Positions 54,604-64,000 of a DNA stretch of 64,000 bases are shown piece by piece; the stretch's first letter is position 1, and each line of letters begins with the position of its first letter. Below the pieces are notes generated by a model. The model searched no databases and had not been told where the DNA came from. It saw nothing but the letters and a program-made list of their open reading frames with translations. The position numbers were made by a program, and so were the translations under genes. Source of the stretch: Ascidiella aspersa (taxonomy: Eukaryota); the NCBI GenBank assembly GCA_963924565.1, contig OZ004609.1:30938001-31002000 (forward strand), given 5' to 3'.

Positions 54604-56065
54604 TTCTTGCGGACCACTACCTCATTAACGTGCCTAATTCCTTCTAGGTGCAAGCCGTAATGTTTACATAATCATTCCCACGTGTGTACGCTCTGTAGCG
54701 CACCTATGTGGTAAATATAATAATAGTTTATTGTTCCTAGGTTGCGCAAGAGAACTTATTCTTTACAAAAACCTGAAGTCGAGCTGAATGGTAACCCTTT
54801 TTGAAGAGCAGTTTTCTCCAAAGCCCTATTGCCTGTTATCCATTTAGGTACAGTTTTATTAAGAAAAACAAATTCACGGGTCAGGTGAGAACGTCTTGCC
54901 TCGTCAATACGTCTTTTAGTCCTACTCGTAACCAGAGATTACAGTAAATAAAAAACCTGAGGTTATCGTCCAATGTCATGCACAAATATGCAACTAAAAT
55001 CGTTGTTTAAATTCAAGGATTGAGTCCAATAGCTGGGTAAAAAAAATTATTACTCGTACGGCGTAGGCTACCTGCAATCATTTATTATTTTATCGGAACG
55101 CAATTCTATAGGCAAATCTTTTTTCGTAATGATGTTTCAGACTGTTTCGGCTTACTTTCATCACTGCTCATAACAACAAAAAATATGTATTGTGTCAACC
55201 TTTGGCGACCCCGAATAGTTTAGATGTATACGCTTTGCATAGATTTAGAAAAGCATTAAAATGAATAGCAAGGAAGCATTAATATTTAGGATGGCCTAAT
55301 TTAGGAATATAATGAGTTCTGTTAGTAGGCTATAGTCCTGTTTAAAAATTCGCTATTACTCCCGGGACCACGGAATTTATAGTTACCAGATATTATAGGA
55401 CATAGTTTTGCATAATACCTGTCAATTTTAGGTCAATTTTAAATTGTCGCTGCATGAAAGAAACCTATAAAGGGGCGACTAATAATATCAAAAACATAAT
55501 TTATTTAGTAAAACATAAAATCCGACAGAGTCTCGGATTATAAGGATTGAACAAGGCAAACAACTTTGACTTTACTATGGTCTGTAGGTATAGAAGGGGG
55601 ACGGGTAAAACATCTTGTATATTTTATACACTTGAATTTTAAGTTATTAACTCTTTCTTGTCCTTTGTCAATACGTTTCATCTCATTGCGCTTCACTGGT
55701 CATATAGAATTCGTTGGTTGTCTTCGCCTATATATTCCACCGTCACTTCCTTACTATAATTGGTTTCGCCGCTTGGCTTTAATTCCCATATGAATTATAT
55801 CCACAACCAGTACACCAAAATAAGTTTCAATTGCCATTACACCAAATCTAAAAGTTTTATTCGTAATTTAAACTACTGAATGTTATACTCCATGTTACAT
55901 TGGCAGTTAAACACAAACAATTGTCAAACAGGGGCCAATAAAATCAATCTATGCATTTACCTAAATGCGAAGTATCTGTATAAAGATTTTGGTTACTTAA
56001 AAAACCCGTGTTATGAAATACTAAAAAAAAATCATTTAGTAGTCTTCCTGACAAATGCCCCTTTT

Positions 56066-56627
56066 TAACAATAAAGATGTTTTGAACATGGTGACATGCT
56101 ATAGTTATGTTTGGCATTACTAGCTTTAAAGTATAAACATTCGGTCACCCATAGAAATTCTGTTTTACACGATAACAGATTAATAGGTTTCGAAGAGACA
56201 TAAATCAGTATTTTTCCAGTAAGTCGATATTCTTAAATTTGTTAAGCGATTTAAATGTGGTTTAAATTTCTTGAGTGCTGCTAATTAATGCCTTCTGTCG
56301 CCTGCTGCAAGGTGTTTGTAAAAACTTAACGCCTTATAGTTTATAAGTTAAACGTATAAGTTAACATTAAGCTATAACAATAAAGATGTTCTACACATGG
56401 TGACATGCTATAGTTATGATCGGCGTTATTGACTTTTAAAGTATAAACGTTCGGTCACCCATAGAACATGTCCACAAAAACAGAATGATAACTTTGGATG
56501 AGACTTAAATCAGTTCATTCCTAGTATGTCGATATTCTTAAATTGTTGAGGTATTGTTTCTCGTGGTTTAAATTTCTCTAGTGCTAACGAATGCCTTCTG
56601 TCACGTGCTGCAAGGTGTTTGTAAAAA
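56066..56627. repeat. Diverged direct duplication of about 255 bp (56066-56324 and 56375-56627), intergenic
   Basis: Shared blocks taacaataaagatgtt...catggtgacatgctatagttatg...ttcggtcacccatagaa...gtcgatattcttaaatt...tgctgcaaggtgtttgtaaaaa. Confidence 0.9.
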
Positions 56628-58749
56628 TGTGACGTATTGGAAAGGGGCGCGATTCGTGCTTGTATTTTTATTGTGTAACTTGGTTGTCACGCAACTGCAG
56701 CGGATACGTTCTGTAAGCTACTTAGCCATATAACGTGAAAACAGAACCAGCAGCACGTGACAGGCTACTGCAGTCTAAAATTGCCAAGTTATTGCCAGGT
56801 AAACGCAAATGCTCGGCTGTGCTGCAGTATGCCTATACAGTAGAGGCAACGGCCAACAGATAATTCGAATTTCCGGTTCGAAGCGTTCTGTGTTGTACCG
56901 TCACACCGAGTTGTGGTCTTTGGGCGTGGTTGCATCTCCTTGCATGACTGGTCGCCAAATCGCCGAGGGTCCAGCAGCAAAGACATTTTCCAAATTCCTT
57001 GCTTCGAGAAAGGCCGACAGTTGCCCACGGCATGCCGGTGGGATTAAATCTGAAAACGGCATTCCTTTTGTCTTATCGTAGACGTGCCAAGGCTTCTAGT
57101 GCTGGCTCGCTGTAACTCATTAGGCTTAGAGGCTACATTCATTGGACTTGTCAAAGCTGTATGGTGTACGGCTTTATCGACCGCAAATGGAAACAAACAC
57201 CAAAGACACTCCATATTCTTGCGATTAACTGCCGAACTGTGGTAAAGATGTGACAATTAAAATATTTCCGTTTTATTTTTGTTTTATTTTTGATGCGGTT
57301 AGAATTATGGGACATACAGAAATTTTGCGTCATAAAAACGGTTAGTTTAACGACAAAATAATTTTTTTTAGTTGAATAATTAAAAAAATTAACACAGAAA
57401 TAGCTTTTTTATACCTGATATTTGTACTGATGGCCCAAGTAAGTATTTACTGTTTATAGTTTCTATTGCATATGAATTGTTTTTTCGTTAATATTCATTG
57501 AACTATTTTGGTTTTTGTATGAGATAACCATAACCTATTACGCCGCTTAGATTAAAATTTTACCAGTATCGTAATTCCGAAATGTGCAAAATTAATTTTT
57601 CAAGGACTTCGAATACGGCATATGGCAGAATTCCCGTTCAAAATCGTTAACGTATATTGATTTTCGGGACCTCGTGACCTAAATAAGAACGGCCGACAAA
57701 CTGTACTCATTTTAGCACAGTCTGGTGTTAAAGGGATTTCAATATTAATGATGCTTGATCACGTGCTGAAATCGTCCGATAAACTTCAGATGAAGGCAAG
57801 GTGGATTTGAGTATTGGACTTTGGACTCTGTGGAACGGCTTTTCGGGAAGCGCCCGAAAATGTAAACGTCATCGAAAAAAGACCTTTCGAATGTGGCGTG
57901 ATGTTGATAAGACGGCGATAACAATTGAGAGCCAGAATTTATTCATGAGCGTCACAGGTCACTAGTTTCTCTGTACTGTTTTTTCTTTTCAAAATGGGCT
58001 TGTGTTCTACAGTTTCCTTGTTAGGGGTTTCAGTGCATCGTTAACGCTTGTGAGTTTAATTGATTTTGTTTACCGGTTGCATTTCACAGTGTGAACGGAT
58101 GGACACTCTTTTGAGGCATAAACATTGTTAATATCAAAATTTGTCGCAATATGTCATTGAGCGTACAGAAAAGTTTAACATCCTCCAATACTAAATTAGG
58201 CGTTTTGAAATGTCGAGTAGATCACAAGACCGTAAGCTAAACTTTTCGCTTGTAGGTCTTTTCAACACTTTTTTGTTTAATATGTTTCCGCATTTCCAGG
58301 ACGAATAACCACGTTTATTTGTTCGAAAACGCTGCCACGTAGTTATTTCGTACTTCTTCCGAAATCATAGCGGGTCAATTTCTCCTTTCTACAGGACAAG
58401 ATAAGTGAAGTGATTTAACATGGGTATACGCACGGGGGGCTTGGGATATTAGTCATCGCCGAAAATGTTTGGATAGGAAAGGCAATGTCCTCAGCTTATG
58501 TAACTTGTCAATTTGTGTTTGTGTCTCGTGAGTCAATACACGTTCACTTTATCCAAGGTTTTTGAACGTAACAGAGCAGTTCGATTTGTACGAACTAAAT
58601 TTAGGAAACGTGAAAACCGGTATAAAGCCTGTATTTAAATTTAAACTAGTCTCGCTTTCAGTGTTCAACATGCCAAACCACTAAGTTTTTTTTTTAATAA
58701 ACGGAGCAGCGCGGAAATAGAAATAACTAATTTCTGGTTCTATCACGCA

Positions 58750-58920
58750 ACGTAAACACCAGCATCGGGCATTTCCAGCGCAGCTCAGCTTCCTTTTGCC
58801 ATTACGTCACCGTAGCAACCGGGCTCTGATTGGTCGAGACGATATGGCGTGATCGGCTGTAGTAAAAATGCCGGTAGGAAACGTAAACGTGAAACACTGC
58901 GACAGAAATCAATGTAAACA
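58750..58920. promoter_or_regulatory. Putative promoter module: RFX X-box + CRE-like site + inverted CCAAT + forkhead sites
   Basis: GTCACC-GT-AGCAAC (58806-58819), TTACGTCA (58802-58809), CTGATTGG (58826-58833), GTAAACA at 58752 and 58914; CpG-rich; about 800 bp upstream of the CUB gene ATG. Confidence 0.5.
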
Positions 58921-59604
58921 TGCGATATCGGACCGACTCGACGCCTTCGATTCGGCTAGAATGCCATTCGATGTAGTTTCGTGCTAAGCTTTGACATGTT
59001 GGGTACCAACTTTTACGCTGTGATTGAAACTAATGAGCTGCAGGAAGCCCATCACACTTTTTCACGCATCGCGGATTTTCACGATCAATTAGTGTAATTC
59101 AAATGTCTCCACCCAAGCAGTTAAATATTTGCGAGCCGATTCATGAATACCGCAAATGGTCAGCGCATAAATTTTCTGTAAATCATCGCAAAAAAAGGCA
59201 ATTTTAGAAGGTTTGCCAGTGTCGGAGTTGAAATTTACGGAAGGCGAAGGTTAGTGATTGGTAGTAGCCAAGGGGGCGAGTTGGCAAGCACATTCAGTTT
59301 AGATTGCGTTAGAACGCGTTGGGGCGTTGGACTTAAATTTAGGCAGGTACATCGGTCAAAATAAAGTGATTCATCTTGTGTTGTTTATAGAAATAATTGT
59401 TGTTGTTTTGACTATGCTTCTACCTTGATCAGACCAGTGTAAATATATACATATATTTTTTCTAGGATCAACGAATTGTAGCATAGTCTTAAGCAACACC
59501 CATCTCATTATCACTGAAAGGTGCTTACTCGGATATTATTTCTAATTTATAAACTTCCGATCATCAAACTCCCCAAATCAAAACAACTACAGATCTTAAG
59601 AGAG

Positions 59605-62600
59605 ATGTCAAACAATATGCAAGTTTTTATCGTGCTTTCTGTGTGCTTGCTGACGACCACATTTGCACAAACTGATGTAAGTAAACATTTGAAATTTTTA
59701 AATCAACCAACTTGTTTGCCAAGAGTATACTAATTGACACTTTTTAGGTGATAAAAATCGGTGATTATTCCATGATTGCCTTTGAATAAATTGTTGTGCT
59801 TGTCTAGAATCCAACCACATTTATTAATCAACCCACAATATTTGTGTTAGGGTGCAGGTTAGCGTTTGGGTGTGTCAAGTAAATTATTATAATCATTACT
59901 TCATAATTTTGCATAACCCATACTAACTCACGCCCTAACTTAAAAAATAATGTGCATTGTGGTAGAATTCTAGACCAACACCAATAAAAGTATTTTTTAT
60001 TCATTTTTTTCGTGACCAATAATCTTGTTTGATTTTAGAAATGTGGCGGCCTACTTGAAGACACAAAAGGCGCTTTCCAAACGCCAAACTACCCCCAAAA
60101 TTACCCTGCCGATTTGCAATGCACATGGGTGATTAAAGTTCCCACTGGTTCAATTGTGGAGCTTAAATTCCTTGACTTCGATGTAGATGAATGGTTCGGA
60201 GGGTGCGACGATGCTGATGTTGTCCAAGTTTTTGATGGAGACAGCGATAAGGGCCCAGCGTTGCATGCCTCTCTCTGTGGTAGCAACCTGGAAATTGATC
60301 TTTTCCGCAGCAAACAACAGTACATGACAGTAGTACTAAAAACATCTGCTTTTAGTATGGGACGCCCAGGATTTAGTGCAACATTTTCTGCTAAACCAGG
60401 TAAATTATAAAAAAAAATTTTTGGTTTATATGGCTGTTTTGTACTGAACTTACAGAGTAAGCAAAGGTGACTAAATCATAAAAACGGCACACTTTGAAGG
60501 AATTCATTACATTAACTGCGTCTTGACTAAGCCGTCACCCACTCAAAAAAATGTAAAAATGTTCCAGGTTTATAAGAATTTGTAAAATCCAGGGAATTAA
60601 ATGTGTGAAATGCTTCTTACATGATACTCCAGGGATTAAATTTTTAATATTATTTAAGAGTGTTTATACTAATTTTAAACCATTCAGTGTATTACCTTAT
60701 ATTTATTGGTGTTTAATTTCTAAACACATGAAACTGCACAAAATAACCGTATAACAACCAAACAATAAAATTTGCACCTTTTTTATCCAGCCAATGCAAC
60801 CGAGTGTGTCTTCAACGAATGTGGTGGACAAATTCAAGACACAACCTCTTGCAAGCTTCAGTCTCCAGGATATCCCAGCGGCTATGCCAGCAATCTTAAC
60901 TGTACCTGGGTCATTCATGCCCCCGCCAACTCCAAAATTCAGTTCCAGTTCGAAGACCTTTCCATGGACTCGCTCACTTCGCAATGCAACCAGAACAATG
61001 TCACCCTGTACGACAGCAGGGTTTTGGATAAAAGCAGCGTCATTTATGAGTCTGTGTGCGATTTAAAGGAAAACAATCTGCAGAGCAAGGATGCATTTGT
61101 AACTTCAGGTAAATATATATACCTATTGTTGAACTTAGTTAAAACATTGTATGTGCTAGTTTAACCTCGTTTTTCTATATGTGCTTATACAGCTCGAATT
61201 CACAAGTAACTGTTTTATGACAATTTATCCTGCTATCGTTCAGGTGCTACTCTCATCGTGGTGCTACGAACATCTTTAGCTTCAACTTCAAAAAGTGGAT
61301 TTTCAGCTCGGTTCACAATCGTTGAGGGTTCAACTCCTGCGATAACTTCAACAACCACTTCTAAACCCACAAGCAGTGTAGTAATCTCAACCACCACCCC
61401 AACCCCAACCCCAACCACCACCACTTCATCATCATCGGTGGTGGTTACTTCTTCCACACCTACTACCACTGCCACAACCGTCAACTCAAAGTAAGGATTA
61501 GTGGCTGTGTGTTACTTTTAAAACACAATATGTGGTTAGGTACATTTTTCCATTGGTTTTCAAATGGAGGTCCAAGGACAGAAGTGTGCCTTTGAAAAAG
61601 TTTTAAACTGGCCGCCCAACATATTTGAAAAAAATACACTGATAAATTATGTTAGGCGGGGCACATCATATTTAATAAATTTTAACGAAAGTAAGCATTT
61701 GGAAGTTGTTATCCATCAAGTAAATTTGTTTTAAGTGTTAATATTGTAGGCTTGATTTGAAACAAATTCATAATTTTGATTGGGTCTGCGATTATTTGAA
61801 AGAGGCAAAATGAGTTTGCCAGGTGAACGGTTTGAAAAACACTGGGTTAATCACAACTGTTATTGTTTTCGTCAATAAATGTTATTAAAATAGCGTTGTA
61901 TACGAGCCAAGACAAAATAATGCGACGTATGGTGATTTACGGGATAACGTCGTGACTAGTCGCCCGAAAAACGTCGTCATTTCAAAAACGTAAACATTCC
62001 GTCGGACGAGTGCGTGTACTACCAACAACTTTAGCGGACAAAACTTTTTATCGCCGCTGCATTTGCAGGGTCCCCAGCAGCCGATCCACCACCACTCCCC
62101 CCACACCACGCCCCCCTACATCCACACAAGCAGCTGACGACGCATCCTCCGATGAGAGCGCGGACATGACTACAGTGGCGGACGAGGGATCACAAATCAA
62201 CAATGCAGGTGGATGCCTTATACGTTGCTTTTTGCTATTCCCATCCCTTGGCCAATGAAATGGAAATCAGTATAAATTTTCATGTAAAATAGAAATTTTT
62301 TTTGACTGGTTAAGCAACAGCTCGAATACGCCTTATATTCTGCGTTTTGCTATTCGCATTCCTTGTCCAATGAAATGGAAATTAGTATAAATTGTCATGT
62401 AAAATGGGAATTGTTTGGCTTTTTAAGCAACAGCTAGACTAGCCGAAGGTCGAAAGGTTTTCTCATTGTTGTATATAACAAGCTTTGTCTTAAATTTAGT
62501 CTTAAATTCACTGGGGTTAAATTACAGTTTCAACCTTTGATTCGCTATCGTTTCATAACACTCAATAGCGCCAAGGTAACAGACGCCTGTGTATTCTTGT

Positions 62601-63159
62601 GAATGGGGTATGTACGCTCACATCGGCGCCACGAACCATTCAAATTCACCATCCCTATCCGTTACGCACACAAGGGCGGCACCAGAATTTGAAACGGCTG
62701 ACTGACTGCTTTGGATGTCAAGCCAACTTTCTATTTTAGTGTGAATCAGTGTGGATAAAGGTATTAGTCAACGCCCTGTTGTACGCTTGAAGCGCTTTCA
62801 ATGAAAATGTGTCAATTTATTTTTTTCAAGTTCACTCCTACTCAAGATAGCCAGTGGATTACGTAGTAATTTTAATAAAAATAATAAAGCCATTATATTC
62901 TTTAAACTCGACATTCTTTTTTTACATCATTTCTGCAACACATATCATGCCATCACATCATGCCTTTAACGAACTGTCTATTTTATTCAATATTATGGCT
63001 TAATAATTTTAATATTTTAATTTTTTTAAATGTTTTTTGTTTTGTTTTGACAGCTGCCGTATCTGGTCTTGTGATTGGTTGCATCGTTGGTCTTATTCTC
63101 GTGGTGTTTGCCATTCTGCTGGTGGTGGCTTTTGTACACTGGAAGCGGCAAAACCACAG
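59605..63159 (+). CDS. Type I membrane protein: signal peptide, two CUB domains, Ser/Thr mucin-like stalk, TM helix (3'-partial)
   Basis: Exons 59605-59676, 60039-60399, 60791-61108, 61244-61490, 62069-62208, 63054-63159 join in frame. CUB motifs CGG...FQTPNYPQNYP...CTWVI...GFSATF and CGG...LQSPGYPSGY...CTWVI; TM LVIGCIVGLILVVFAILLVVAFV followed by WKR. The remaining cytoplasmic exons were not found in the window. Confidence 0.88.
62215..62435. repeat. About 115-bp diverged tandem duplication in CUB-gene intron
   Basis: gccttata...ttttgctattc...ccaatgaaatggaaat...agtataaatt...catgtaaaat...taagcaacagct occurs twice. Confidence 0.85.
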
Positions 63160-64000
63160 GTGGGTTGATGTCTTAGCTTCTAATTTCATGCCACGCTTTT
63201 CAAATGTCAAAAACCCAATTAAAAAAAAACTTGAAAGGCTAACTATCAACTAAGCGACATAGTTTGCATATAACGTACGCATGTTTAAAGTCAAATCTAG
63301 GTAGTCTATATTAAGTAAGTGCCCTTAGCAAGCAACCCGCTTGGCTTCCGCTTTTCTGGGCCACCGCAACTCATTGAACTTTTTAATTTTTTAAACTTTT
63401 AACCTAATGTACGTGCAATGAAAAAAATTTTACGAAATAGATTACAAAATTAAAATAGAAAAAGAAAACGACAACGAAGCCCAATGAATATTGTCTAAAA
63501 TGGACACCTACATAACTAGATTCGCCGTGAAAAACATCAACCGCACAGAATGTCGTTTCGTGGCCCGACTAAACGGTCGACCGCCTACATTCATATATTG
63601 ATGAGCCGCCACCGCATTATTATTGCTGGTTAATTGCCACGTCGCGAATTCGCGGATACGCATCGCGCGTTCCTTCCGTGCGTTGAGCATCAATAACCGA
63701 GCGCGCGATTGCCTGTCAAAAAGCAGGCGCTTTTCCTGCCCAGAAATTCGACTACAGCCAGCACGTTTAAATGCGCTTATTGTTGTGGTTAGGCCGCTGT
63801 CTCACCTAAAACATGCAACCGAACCCTGTTGTAGGCGCAAATAAGCACTACCCGCTCTCGTTGGAATTTGTACACTGATGTTTGGAATTTCGTAATATGA
63901 AAATCGTTTTTAAGATGTAAAATTTGACCCGGTCTTCCTATGATAAGCAGAATTTAACCTTATAAATATGGTATGGTTCGTTAGTTTCCATGTATTGTTT

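Noticed and set aside
56789-57333. Cluster of 60-90 aa ORFs on both strands
   Set aside because: No motifs and no consistent splice structure; more likely GC-richer regulatory DNA.
61551-61844. Possible hAT MITE (cattggttttcaaa ... tttgaaaaacactg)
   Set aside because: The termini are suggestive but no matching 8-bp TSD could be found, so boundaries are unsupported.
63508-63844. GC-rich ORFs near the window end as the CUB gene's cytoplasmic exon
   Set aside because: No convincing in-phase acceptor or recognisable peptide; left unassigned.

Overview
Eukaryotic (invertebrate animal) genomic DNA, AT-rich and gene-dense; no prokaryotic features. Positions 364-43570 hold the 3' 69 exons of a + strand outer-arm axonemal dynein heavy chain (DNAH5/DNAH8 type), whose start lies upstream of the window. 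Two antisense genes are nested in its largest introns: an unrecognised two-exon, very basic 245-aa repeat protein and an intronless twinfilin. Downstream is a tight housekeeping cluster, WDTC1 > ROMO1 > STUB1/CHIP on + converging on PEX2 > NAF1 on -. Its short gaps, AG acceptors just before the ATGs and lack of internal AATAAA suggest SL trans-spliced operons. The window ends with a 2xCUB/mucin-stalk/transmembrane gene preceded by an RFX X-box/CRE/CCAAT promoter. Introns carry several hAT MITEs with 8-bp TSDs (one three-deep nested stack) and a 2.1-kb foldback element built from 26-bp palindromes. The most unusual signal is a dispersed ~350-nt non-coding retroelement family with an intact internal tRNA-like cloverleaf, a hammerhead-like CTGATGA, and an inverted copy reading across its own end-to-start junction (circular or tandem template signature). 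A second Penelope-like fold-back mini-element is also present. All calls are by eye; no database searches were run and the organism is not identified.
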